Shown here in pieces: positions 48,941-61,783 of a stretch of DNA of 64,000 bases; position 1 is the stretch's first letter, and every line of letters starts with the position of its first letter. A program made the position numbers and the translations under genes. The stretch covers positions 18,230,001 to 18,294,000 of the forward strand of contig CM119372.1 in the NCBI GenBank assembly GCA_051294905.1. The letters run 5' to 3'. Source of the stretch: Botryllus schlosseri. Taxonomy: Eukaryota. The notes beneath the pieces were generated by a model. That model did not search any database, was not told where the DNA came from, and saw nothing but the letters and a program-made list of their open reading frames with translations.

Positions 48941-51900
48941 GTTTGATTTCGTCATTAGTTCACCGTGCGCTAATGATATGCTCTGATGTTCGGCTCGTGG
49001 CGGAAATTGATAAAATCAAATCCATGTTGATTGTTGATTATAGTATAATTTGATTTTCTCTCGTCTCTTGTTATGACTACCGGTACAGCTGACTTTGCCT
49101 AGCGTTAATTTTTTATTATTGTATTATTACGTCATACTTTGCCATTTTGGTTTTCGTTTGAATCTCTCTCTGTATGCTTATTATTGTGCCGTTAACTCTC
49201 GATAAGGGGCACACGAAAAGTCTTCGAGTTAATAAATTCTTTACTGCAATGAATGTAGTTGTGAAAGCAATAACCGATATCATAGGCCGATATTATTATG
49301 GAAGGAGTAGAGAACAATTTCACCAAAAATATTATATATTAGGCAAGATGGCACTTGTTCATGCCACAGAAAGCTGAACAACAAACGACAAAGCTGATAT
49401 TGAAAAGAATTATTGCTTAATTGTGCACATTCGTTGAAAGTTGGGATAACCCAAAAAACAAAACATGATACAGAATTGCAGGTCAGTAAAGAAAAGGTAG
49501 ATTGTAATGCAGAAAGCATAGTTTCTCTGCATCCTCACCCAGTTAAATTCGTCCTGCAAGGGTAAATCTGTCATATATCACCCTTTATTTCGTCGATTTC
49601 TTGAGATTGAGAAGACGGAGCATTGAATTTCCAATAGTTTTGAATTTTTTATTAAATATAAAATATCGGCCGCAATATCGGCCTTCATAGGCCGATATCG
49701 ATAATCGGGAAAGCTCTAAATATCGGCCTCGATAATCGGCCATTTCGATAATCGGTCGAGCTCTACCGCCAACCCGTGGCCCGCGAGGCAATTTTAGAAA
49801 TTAGTTATATTATCAAAAATGGATTTCCCAGAATGTGTACTTGCTAGGTCAACCAAAAATTTGATTAGTTCTGAGCGCAACTCTTGGGATGTTGATGACT
49901 AAAATATCAGCTACAGCGCATTGGCAGATCCATCGGCCAGTCACATTTCTGGTAGATCTTCGTAAATTACAATAAAGTAGAATATTTTACGGTAGATTCC
50001 TCTACAGTAAATATTTTCTTCGCGCTTCGCGCAATATATTGTCACTCAATTTCTTGCTTTTAATATTGTTACCCCCTCCTGAAAATGAAAGAACGCCTGT
50101 TTCAGATTGAGTCTAACTATATTCGGAATTACGAGAGAAAGTGTCGTCCAACACGCAACCATGCGTTTGCGCTTGCAGAAAGACCGCCGGCGATAAAACC
50201 TATAGGCATAAAATGATTGACGCATGTTGGCCGAAGCTTTCGATATCGATATGTCCAGGCGCAGAATAGTCCTATCTTTGCAAACTGAGCCCAGCGATAT
50301 AATTGAAAATATTATTGACCGATAAACTTTGAAAAAAAAATTCGCGCTTCGCTTCGTCAGTTGCGTGTGGCCCTTTGGCCGAAAGGTTGGCCCCCTCTGT
50401 TACATTGTCTTCGTATATGTGTTCAGAGATCAAGTTTAAGGAATAAAATTAGGGAAATCATGAATAATAATCCTATTACTTTTCCATATATAATAATCGT
50501 AATCGACTATACTTCGAGATGTTGCCGTGACGGAAATCGTTTTAGTTATCGCGCGTTTCAGAAGTAATCGTAATCGCAAGCGATTATACTAAAGCGGTCA
50601 TCGTCCCACGTCAGATCACTATTACGGTTTTGGCAATTTGATGACGGTATTCACACCGCACCTTTAATGTAAAGCCGCAATTGACAGAGCGCTGTGCACT
50701 ATCTCCACGATCAAACCATGAATTCAAACTTAGTCCGCCAAATTCGTGGTTCACCAATGAATATTTTATTTGCTCAAGTATAGCCTATAATATATTCGGA
50801 TACGACTATAGTTTATGTTACCGGATCAGTCATGTCGTCGTGTGCTATCATTTGTGTATTCCTTTCTCCTGCCATGTTTCAGTTGTTGACGTCGAATCAT
50901 TAATAAGAGATGAAGATTGAAATCCGCTGTTATCGTCTGGAATCAAATGTGCTATAGCGAAACATGTTGTACATATTGGGAGAAAATTGGGTACTAGCAG
51001 CTCCACCACACAGGTTTTATTAGTAGACCCGGAATCACCGGGTCAATTTTTTTATAACAATGGCGTGACGTAACAGATTTATATAGAGTCAAAGAAATCA
51101 TAATTACAGACGAACTAACGCTGGCCGTGTTCTTTTATTGGAGGTTGTGGGAGTGAGGCAAGCAATATTCTCCCGTCTGGAGCCGTCAGTGGTGATATTG
51201 AAAATGAAGATGAAATTTATGGCATTTGAGCAGCTGTATAAATACAGCCCCACCATTGATTGTATCGAATTTATCGATATATTGTATAGTATTCATCAAA
51301 TGCGACTATTGTCACATTCAAAAATTTGACCGTTATGACCCTGTGATCCCAGAAAATTATTATCATTATGACACATTTAGAATATATACATTGTGCCTGA
51401 TTTTGCAAATCCTGCCAGGACTCACGATGACGGGCTGATGGATAACATTGAAGGTAATGAGCGAAAGTCAAACAATTACTGCGTAATGCAGCGCAGTATA
51501 TCGTTTGTCATAGATGATTTTATGTGAAATTGTTTCGTGAATGCAAGTACAGGATATGACATCATTAAGTATGATATAATTGCTCAATTAACCTATACGC
51601 AGTCATGGAAGCTATGGTGAAAGGTTCATCAACAAATCCTCCCTGGCGATGCGCACTATTCTAAGCACCGACAATCTTACATGGGTGATTAACTGATCAG
51701 GTAGTCATGGTTGTGGCTAAAATTGAAGTTACGTAGTGAATATCTAGTCATTTACAAGTAGCAATGTTTCTAGGTGCGAAATTGGAGGGTGCAGTTTCGA
51801 GACTAAAGCGAAAAGACTAATGACACGATAGATTGTTGCAACTTTTAAAAATATTATATTACTCTCATAAAGTACTTATGGTAACCAATACTAAAACTAC

Positions 51901-54546
51901 TTTCTATATATTGATGTCCAAAGTTTAAAATCTAAGTAGCCAAAATACATAACCACTTGAGTAAGTATTGCAAGTAAAGGAAGCAGACTGAGTAATCCGA
52001 CGTAGTAGAAGTAGCTCCTTAGATGTTATTACATATATATATTAGGCCTATATATATATGGGGTGATGCACTTTCATTTTAAACATAATCTCATAGTTGA
52101 AACAATATTATAGATAGGGATCAATCGTATCATCTGATAGCACGATTAGCCACCAAATACCAGTTATAATTTTATTTGTGTTGACCATAGAGACGAAAAA
52201 GCAGTTTGTGATTTTCGTTTCACTAAATATCCCCATATTATAATAACCTTACATGGTCAAACCCATACCAACCAAATCTAACGAACTATTTCCCATATCC
52301 ATGTTGCACATGGGGTAGCCGTAGAGGTGGCAAACACACGAACGACGGTCACTCGCGCAGTGCATACACGGAGGAGATGTGATTCTTTCGTCAATATCTC
52401 ATAGGTAGGGGTTTTTTTACCTAAAAAAAGAAAAAATTTGACCTAACAAATCAAAATTTTGACTTATTTTTGACCTAACCAAACTGAATTTTGACTAAAT
52501 TTTGACCTAACGTATGCAAATTAGGTGTTTTCCCACATAATGTTAAAATTGTACCACTTATCTTCATTTCTGGTTGGAACTGACTGTCCTAACGAAGCAG
52601 TTTAGCCTGAAAAAATTTTACAGTGCAACGAGAGATACTTTTTTACATTATTGGGTATGAAGTGCATGCCCTTACTAAGAAGCCTGCCAAGGACGTTCAA
52701 CAGCAGCAGTTGTTGGCCGACAGCACTCAAGTTGTGCGTACACTGCTGGTGACACACCGTGTTGCTCCATTCTGACAATGTTGTCAACATCACATTTTTT
52801 CATCATGCGATTCTTAATATAAAACGATGCACTGCCCAAGAAGTCTTTTTTCAGTTAGGATATTGTGGTACGTTAACCATAACACCATGTCTACTTATTT
52901 GTTTTATTTGACCGTTTATGATTCACAATAAGCAGACAATTGGCCGCTTACAACGGTAGGCCTATAAAATAGACTACAAGCAGTAAAATATCAAACAATA
53001 AGTTCACCGACAGTGCAAAATCTACGGTACAAACGAAATGCAGACGTCAAAAAATTTTGACTTCATGAAAAATTTTCACAAATTTTGACCTAACGCTACA
53101 ATTTTGGCAAACTTTTGACAAATTTTGACATGTCAAAATAAAACGCCTTACTGGTAGGCATTTGTGAAATCTCGCAGTCATCTGAAGTGTGTAAATGCAT
53201 ATTATGCGCCTCATAAAACTTGAAACCCGCAACTTTAGTCGGGCTGTATGCCCGAGCAAGAACTACGAATCGTATCTTGACGACGGAAGTATACATGGGG
53301 AAAATGCGTAATTACACGTTTTTTCAGTTTCGGTTTATTAGCAATTTTTATCCGTACAATACACCACAAAAATGCGATACAAGGAAAAGATGGAAAGGTG
53401 TCGAAACGACTTGGAGTAGTCTTTGGAATCAGACACCCGCCTAGGCGTAGGGCTAGGCGATATAAAGAGAAGGCATGTACACTGAATTAAAAGTAAAAGA
53501 AGATAGTATAATAAAAGCAAGCGAAAAAAAAGATGGGGTGGCATGCCACGAGAGGCGAGAACGATGGGTCAGGTCGTAGTCAGGTAATTTTGAGGCCGTA
53601 CAAGTATTTATTTAGCAGAAATTGCTTGTATTTCGACCTGAATGTGGACATGCTCGTCGACTGTCGGATGGCCTGAGGGATACTGTTCCACACGTCAGGT
53701 CCGCAATAGAATATTCATCGCAATACATTTCGTTATTCCTTTTATATTCATCTAACTTTTCGATTGACTCTCGTCGGGAATAATCGTCAATACCGCGGTA
53801 AATACAAACGCAGTAGTATGATGGAAATGACAATTTGTACCAAATTTATAGTATTTGTATATACCTTTGTATTGACTATTCTTCCTGTCAAGAGTCAATC
53901 GGAAAGATTTGAAGAATGTAAAGGAATAAAGAAATTTATTGCGATGAACAGTCCATTAAGTGTAATTTTCAAGCTCTGTACCACGAGCCATTTAGCCAAA
54001 ACGCGCAATGCAATATGAAAAATCTTCAAATAGGTAAAACATCGAGATTTCATTCAAACGCAATCTCAGAAACAACTGCGGAATTTGATCGGTCAAGTGC
54101 TATTATGTCAATGCCGAGAGATTGAAAGAACGCGACGCGTGGATATGAATTATTTACCGAGTGGGATTGAAAGGAGGCAAGAACAATCAGTAAATGACAC
54201 TTTGTCCAGAAATACATTCCTGCCTTGTCGCAATACTCGATACGGGAATACCTTAAACGTTGAATTATTTCAAACTCGGACGCAAAACGAATCATTTAGC
54301 GAGACAAGTCAAAGGCGCATAGCGAATATTTTCCACCGAGCGCAGTTTTCTGCGTCATTACGTTCACGCTGATTTCATTATCCTTTGCGGAAATGTCCCC
54401 AGAGGGATTGCCAGTCAATTAATTATTCATTTACGTAGAGAGAAATACTTTTTCGAGACCTTGATAAAGCCGCTCTCTTCGCGATGCCTTTACTTTTGCG
54501 AAAGCACCGGTTCTGGTAACACGTCGTGAGTAATTCGCCCGCTATT

Positions 54547-56473
54547 ATGAGTCCTGGGGAAATGACAAATTTAGAGGAGCCCGATTTAAGACTACGGGAA
54601 TGCAAGCGATTGTTTGATTCGTTCGACATTAACAAAAAAGGTGTCATCGAGCTGCAGGTATTTGCTGCGATTTTGACATGATATCGACATTTTGACTAAT
54701 AATATATCTTTTACATTGAAAGGCACTGGGAGATATGCTCAGAACGATTGGAATTGAAGTAGACATTGAATGCATCGAGTCGTCATGTGGAGCGAATCAA
54801 AAAGTCGACTTTCCAACAGTGCTGGATATAATAAAATCAATCGATTCAATGGTAAGTATTAAATTGCTTGTAATCGCAAGTCGCATAAAGCAGGGTTTAC
54901 ACTCGCGCTCAGAATATAAAAACGGCGTGAAACCGCGGGCCGGTCGACACATTAGACAGACAAATAGTTCTAGAAATATATGATCAGTATCAGTATCACT
55001 TTCACTAACTGACGCAGTCAGAGGCGTAGCCTGGACAATTCATTCGTTTTTGGTGCAAAGCAATAGATATTCATGACGTATAGCGTCTCTTATTTCAAAT
55101 CCCCCCGTTCCATCCTCCCTACGGCTATGGGTACATATTTTGTACCGTACACTTGAGTGACTCATCATGAATAGCGAATCCATAGCTTTTAGGATGTGGA
55201 TTGGTCGTTAAAATCATTGTATGACAAAACGTTTATTTACCATGTGGCTCCTTGCAACTTGATATGGATTTGTAATTGCCCATTTGCACCGGCATGGACG
55301 AAATTAGAAATATATTTCTCGAGACCGCCGTAGGTCGCACATCCCTGGCATAAAGTATCATCTTACCACCTGGAAAAAACTTAAAAATACATTGTAATAA
55401 CATTCCGCAATAATTAAATTTAGGAATCTCCAGAAAAGGACGCTATGAAATGCATTTTCCGGGAATTCGACAACGACGCCGACGGATACATCTCAGCGAG
55501 CGATCTCGAGAGGCTTTTGTTGAAAATCGGTGAACATACATCGGAACATGATTTACAGGTGGGTACTTTATAGTTTATAATGTGGAGCTTATTAAGTACT
55601 AACAACTGACGCAAATTGAGCTGCGTGCCAAGAATCTCCTAGAATTTTTGCTTTCTGTTTTCCAAGTAATGTAGAGAGTAGTTCTATACTTAATGTCGAT
55701 ATGTGAGACTTTCGTGACTTGGATATCATTTTCGGAGAAAATCTGCGTTCACATTTTTTTTACTTTCGGTATAGTGGGATGAAATTTAATAGAAGTGCAT
55801 AAAATTTGGCTAGAAGTATCATGTGTTGTATATGTGTAAATTATAACTACCCAAACGGATAACAGATATCAATCTCTTCGTAGACATTTTAATGACTTCC
55901 TAGCGTAAGTGTTGCAATAAAATCGAAGACGTTTCAAACGCTCAGAGACAATATTTCGGGATCGAATGTTAGTATTCTCCCTCAAACAGAAATACAACTC
56001 GTATTATGAAATCTGTTCGCGAGCTGCTGATTCCAATTAGAAAAAAAATATTGCGATTGACAGCCCTTCATATATTAGTTAGCAAGAATGCGGTAGGAAA
56101 CTCATCGGTGTTCTTTCGACAGGCAATGATAAACGAAGCAGACACTGACGGCGATGGGAAAGTGAGCTTCAACGAATTTATCCAGATCATTTCGTGCCCT
56201 AACGTCCCTTCGAAGGTAATAGGAACAGAACAAAAATCGGACTCGATTAAAGACGAAGGCACATCGAACAATATTTTCCTGGCGCCGCCGTCGCGAACAT
56301 CACCCGATGCGTCGCCGAGGATTTGCAAACGGTCCAACTCTGCAAGAAGGAGCAGAAAATATCCGTCTCCGTCTCGAAGATCTTCATACGTTTCGAAAAT
56401 GCAAGATCGGGCGTCCGAAATCAAATCGTCCATTGTTGCCAAAAGAATAATCAAAAGGAACTCGTGGAAGTAG
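54547..56473 (+). CDS. Calmodulin-like EF-hand protein with a basic Ser/Arg-rich C-terminal tail (241 aa, 4 exons)
   Basis: Exons 54547-54657, 54723-54851, 55424-55558 and 56123-56473. All introns are GT-AG, phase 0, and the joined frame is open. EF loops DINKKGVIELQA, DNDADGYISASD and DTDGDGKVSFNE; EF2 is degenerate. Confidence 0.9.
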
Positions 56474-57064
56474 TGACGGGTGGAAATGATCTTTGATTGA
56501 GATATTTCAAAGCGAAAACGATTTATGTTGGCCGATGGCGAGAAATTCGCACGAATTTCGATGCGACTATGACTCCGATTCAGTTTTGAAGTAAAGCGAA
56601 TCGCTCCTATTCGGACTGAATAGGGACTCCGGCTCTTCCTTATGCAAGCTATACATGAAAATATAATATCCAATTGGGAGTTGAGAAACTGTTGCTGCGA
56701 CTCAGATTCTCAAGCCTTCGTGGACTCCGACATATCGAATTCCGCGACACTGACAAATTGAAGTTACGACTCTGACTCGGACTTCCTGTTTGGCTCAGGA
56801 AGAATGAATGAACACAAACACGGCTCGAGGGACAGGATACCCCAGAATTGGTGGTTCAATAGCACGAAATAGTTATCATAATTTTGATTCAGTGGATGAC
56901 GACAAAAGGAGCGAGAAATATCGCATTTTCGACTTCATTTGAATTGGCGGAAATTATATTGAATATATAGCCTATATATTTTATATATATGATAAATGAA
57001 CAAGAATGCAAAAATGCTATTGTGGTCGATGTCTGAACTATAGCGAGTAGCGACCACTGATTTT

Positions 57065-58025
57065 ATGATGACTCGACTTGACTCGAGTCATTTTCTCAAA
57101 ATACGAAAATGACTCGACTCGACTCGAGTCAATCTGAGTATTGACTCGACTTGGACTCGAGTCATTGAGCATGACTCGAACCAAGTCACATCACTCGAGA
57201 CTCAGACAAAGACGATCAAGACCGACATTTCATTGTAATTTCGAAGAATAGTAGAGTAACCGTACTATTGGGATTTCGTCTTTTGGTAGTGGTACTTGAA
57301 AATGCGACCAGAAACTGTTAAAATTAAGGAAAATTAGTATATTATAAATGCGAAACATTCGATATCACCAAACAGAGTTATAAAAAGTGGGTTAAACAAG
57401 ACTTTAAAACAGGAAACCGAGCAATCAACACAATGACTTGGACTTGGACTCGAGTCATAATACCATGACTCGGACTCGACCCTCTAGCCGCTGACTTGGA
57501 ATCGGACTTGAGTTGGTGGTCAATTGCAAATCACTCGACTGGACTCGAGTCAAAACTATAAAAGTGAGATTGACTTGTGACTCGGAGCCTTGTGACTTGG
57601 TAACAACCCTGGACTCGACCCTCTGCTCGCTGACTTGGACTCGGACTTGACTCGGTGGTGAATTGAAAATGACTCGACTTGACTCGAGTCAAAACTATAA
57701 AAGTGAGATTGACTTGTGACTCGGAGCCTTGCGACTTGGTAACAACCCTGGACTCGACCCTCTGCTCGCTGACTTGGACTCGGACTTGACTCGGTGGTGA
57801 ATTGAAAATGACTCGACTTGACTCGAGTCAAAACTATAAAAGTGAGATTGACTTGTGACTCGGAGCCTTGTGACTTGGTAACAACCCTGGACTCGACCCT
57901 CTGCTCGCTGACTTGGACTCGGACTTGACTCGATGGTGAATTGAAAATGACTCGACTTGACTCGAGTCAAAACTATAAAAGTGAGATTGACTTGTGACTC
58001 GGAGCCTTGTGACCTGATTACAACC
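57065..58025. mobile_element. GACTCGAGTC-family MITE with a tandemly amplified terminal 139-bp unit
   Basis: Reverse-oriented homolog of 17260-17825. ACAACCCTG ends recur with a 139-bp period (~57611, 57750, 57889). Confidence 0.88.
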
Positions 58026-60239
58026 ACACGACACACCACGACGTATGAAGTTTCGACCAACATGAGACTCCGCGAAGTGTACTGCCGAAAACATCGTCGA
58101 CGAGAAAATCTTGGCCGAAAATGATCGCCATCTTGGCCGCAACCTTCGATATATGCACAGTATATATATAGGGATATATTCCTATGTGCTTGGGATAGCC
58201 TACCATATATTCGTGGTCCAAATTCCGGACACCTTTTAGTGTCCTCTATAGGCTAGGGTACCCGTCTAGGTTAAGTACCTACGGAGGAGTCCTGATTTCT
58301 AGTAGGCTAAACAACAAAAAACAGTAGATTATACGGCGCGGGTTTAGATTATATATTGAATTGCATTATATATTTGCATTGACGGCTACTGGCGCGAAAT
58401 TGGTCGTTACAACAGTCATGCTTCTCAATATCCTCAATAGCGATTCTCACCATCTCTAAAATGAACGATCTGGCTTCGATCCGACGCCATATCCGAAAAT
58501 TATGAATCAGGCTCTGGCCAAAAATGAAAATATCCGACCGGATATCCAACCCGGCTCCGGTCCATGTCCTGCTCTATTATCTATGCATGCATCCAACCAA
58601 CCAGAATGGACTACAGCGCTGTATTGTCGTTTATGAGGAAAAAATTAAATCATTCATTACTCGCAACGCAACAACATCTTTTTTAAATACAGTTAGAGCA
58701 ATGCAGTTTTGTGACTGTGTGTTGTTACCACCGGCGAACCAGCAGTTTGTCAGCTCGCCCCCACGAGAAAACGCTGGTTTTGACCCCCCCCCCCCCATAT
58801 GCTGATCAACACAACAGCTTCCCCAAATCCAGTTCTCCTTTTCTCCTACGGTGCATATTATCACCTCATTTAACATAAAACGTTTACAAAAATAGACGTT
58901 TTCAGTAGTGAAACAAGTCTAGCATTTAGCGATTCACAAGCAAGTCAGAATAAAGTGACGGTGAAATTTGTCTATTTATTTTATCCGCTTACTGCAGGCA
59001 TTTGGTTTCTAGTCGCGCAAGGCGCGAATATTTTTAAAGTTCATAAATAAATTCTGTCAATCATATTGGTTATTCCATATATTATACTGGTAAATTTTCA
59101 TCCTCTTTCCGTTCATGTTACCAGAATTATCGGTAGAGCTGGTGAAGGTGACGACTTTGAACATGTAAAACACGTAGTTCTATATCTTATTATCATCAAT
59201 TTTTTTGGAGGGGGGTTGCGGAGCGGCATTTACTGTCTTGATCGTAACGCCTTGTCTACAAACAGTTTGCGCCCTACTTCCACGCCTCGCAGTTTATGAA
59301 ATCCTGAACTAAAATAAGTCAAAACCTATTGTTTCGTAATCAATATCCAACACGTCACTTATACACATTGCAGACTGGTTTAAGTGGCAGCTCTCTCAAA
59401 CATTGGTGCCACGTGCCACTCCTAGTGTTTTTACACTAGATTTAGTGTGTTTGGAGTTGACCTAGTGTTTTAGTGTATTTTTTTAATCAAAATTCTGCAA
59501 ATCTAGTGTCTTTTCATAAAAAAATATATTTAAATTAAGATGTTATTTTGATGTGCTTTATATAATACATAATTCAAGAAATATTAATTATTATGCGTCT
59601 ACGCTCGCTCATTTAACAAAATAACAAACCTCATACGTAAATTGCCTTGGTGTCACCCATTTCTATCACTGGCAGAGTGAAGCTACCATAGCCTGATACA
59701 GGTTTTCAAGTTCAGAAGGAAACCGATGACAGAAGCGAATATGATAACTTGCCCAAATTTCCCGGCCAATTCATGAATGATTGCATATTCTGCGCAGCCC
59801 AGGGATATAATCAGTTATATATCCCGGGTGTTGCCAAGTATGTAAATGTCTTGGGGTACAATATTTGAATTGAAAAATGGTGTGACGTCATAATGCTAAA
59901 GTCGAATTTTGCATGGGCACTGGACAGTCATGATTGCCTATAGTGATTTGGCTTCGATGTTTTTAAGTTAGTAAAATGTCCCGGTGTAGTTTTCTTTGAT
60001 CCTTTTGACTGTGGAAAAGCTGGAAAACCACTTATTGATATGTGATTGTATGACACTCCACCAATTCTTATATCGCTCGATCGGATTCGATCGAATGTAG
60101 TGGATATTATTTATATTCACGAGATTCTGTTTTATAGTTAAGTGCCGAAAAAATTTGGATTTGCTATGGGGATATTAAAAATCATCGATATTGTCTGATA
60201 TGAAAAAAGTTGCATAAATCGTGATGAATTTGTCATTTG

Positions 60240-61250
60240 AACAAGTGATTTGTGGTACAGAACTTCAGAATAACGCGAAACAATAACTGCATATTGTTAA
60301 TTTATTCGCTAAAAGCTTTTCGACTAACTCTCATCAGTAGCGAACGTTAGTGATGGGGTGAATCAATTTCGAAATGTAAGAACTATTTTGTCTGTATGAC
60401 GTAATAATAACAAAAACAAACAACTAGTAGACGGGCAAGATACGGTAGTAACGGCACAAAACAAACGTTAACGAGTACATATTCGGTTATAAATAACCGA
60501 AAACACAACACATAACATTAATGAAATATTCCAAGAGTGTAGAGGCGTTCCTTCTGGCGACAGAGAATCGGCTTTCGCAGCTTTATGATCGTAGATTCCA
60601 GGACCTTTAAATGAAAAAGAGAACGGCCACGAGCAAGTATAGAAAATTGACTGTCATTGTAATGATCAGCACATTCTGGATGGGATAAGAGATGCTGTCC
60701 AATAGCCGAATTACAAGCAGTAACTTGATCATAATCACGCAGTGTGTCAACAGACTGCGATGAAGGAGTTGGAGAAACATTAGTTATTCTAATTTGCCGT
60801 GGGACATGCTGGCGAATTCTTTGCTGCAAGCGCTGAGACGTGCGACCTACATACCGACTGTCACATCGGCACGTGTATTCATATATATGTTGCTTTGATT
60901 TGTCGCAGGTAGCACATCCTTTTGCGTTGCAGGCATCAGAGATTTCGTCATGAAGATTATCTGAGGTTCTACTTGTGAAAAACAATGCCTCACTGACGAT
61001 TTAATTTGTTTTTCAAACCTTTTGGACACTTTCCCAATCCATGGAAGATGCAAATAAACAGGACATTTTCTAGGTCCAAACGGTTCAACTTTTCTGAAAT
61101 CTTTAAGTTTACGATCTATGGTCATTTTAATGATATGATCAGGATAACCATTTGACTGAAAGATTGACCGAATGTTCTCCAATTCAGAATCAAGTATGAC
61201 TTTACTACAAATCATCAGAGCCCTGTGTACCAGAGTACCAGAGTACCAGA
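60240..61250 (-). mobile_element. Second, divergent Penelope-like element, 5'-truncated and frameshifted
   Basis: ORFs 60847-61215 and 60518-60985 encode the RT thumb/linker and GIY-YIG (IYEYTCRCDSRYVGRT..SAIGQHL). The 3' tail carries a hammerhead and the ORF start. 8-bp TSD GTCATTTG (60232-60239, 61251-61258). Confidence 0.93.
60305..60351 (-). ncRNA. Minimal type I hammerhead ribozyme in the Penelope pLTR
   Basis: ACUAAC G UUCGCUA [CUGAUGA] GA GUUAGU C [GAAA] AGCU UU UAGCGAA: canonical core, 7-bp stem I, palindromic stem III, loop-II pseudoknot. Confidence 0.88.
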
Positions 61251-61619
61251 GTCATTTGTTGAGTATTCTCTTAACTTCATTGGTGTTAATCAATGCATCC
61301 CCCTCATATTTTATGATTTATACAATAAATTTGCCCTAAATTTCCAAACTAGTGTATTTTTTGTCGATCTAATGTTCTTTAGTTGGCAAATTTGATGTTT
61401 TTTTTTACGAACGTCGAGTGGTAATATCGGTTTCAACCGCCGGTTCGCATTATTTTTTCTGTCGGTTCGCCAGACATATTAAAATTGTATACCTTAATTT
61501 GAAGATGCGACATGTTGAAGGCTTGCCCATTGATTAAATGAAATAAAACATCAAATTTTAAACTTTTTTTTGTAGTATTCATGGTGTTTGTCGACTACTG
61601 CCGATATTCTTCATTATTT

Positions 61620-61783
61620 TCCATAACTGCCGACTTATAGCACGGCCCACCTCTAGGCTTTTTGTAAGACAACGCTTACGCGGATTGGGTGACGAGCAGG
61701 AATTCTGAAGTTGACCTCGGTCGGACTCGAACCCGCACCCATTGGTGTTGCAGCCGCGGATTATACCACCGCGCTATCTCGCC
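61620..61783 (-). mobile_element. tRNA-derived SINE
   Basis: Head GGCGAGATAGCGCGGTGGTA...CTGCAAC...GGTTCGAGTCC (A box, B box) followed by a non-tRNA body that recurs at ~37000-37200. Confidence 0.8.

Larger units (their letters stand above)
44827..49272 (-). mobile_element. Penelope-like retroelement: full unit, upstream partial tandem copy and inverted pLTR
   Basis: 2790-bp period (44827-46150 repeated at 47617-48940). Inverted segments at 48942-49033 and 49037-49272. TSD (ATA)ACCGATATC at 44815-44826 and 49270-49281. Confidence 0.97.
44746..49765. mobile_element. hAT-type MITE (CCGATA motifs) hosting the Penelope insertion
   Basis: TIR TAGAGGTCGACCGAT/ATCGGTCGAGCTCTA; perfect 8-bp TSD CCGCCAAC (44738-44745, 49766-49773). 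Confidence 0.92.
44732..50399. mobile_element. Older hAT-type MITE (CAGGGGCCGCCAACC...GGTTGGCCCCCTCTG), the outer layer of a triple nest
   Basis: The left TIR is restored after removing the 44746-49765 insert and one TSD copy. The right end is degenerate and the TSD matches only 5/8. Confidence 0.55.

Noticed and set aside
56068..56673. 201-aa minus-strand ORF
   Set aside because: Antisense to exon 4 of the calmodulin-like gene; non-ATG start and no domain.
57556..58142. Repeated Ser-rich ORFs
   Set aside because: Translations of the 139-bp MITE-derived tandem repeat.
59800..59827. Collapsed mini-copy of the CAGGGATATATA P-like element
   Set aside because: Only ~10 bp of each end match and there is no TSD, so it could be chance.
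61710..61783. tRNA-Cys gene
   Set aside because: The acceptor stem does not pair, and the head is attached to a repeated SINE body.
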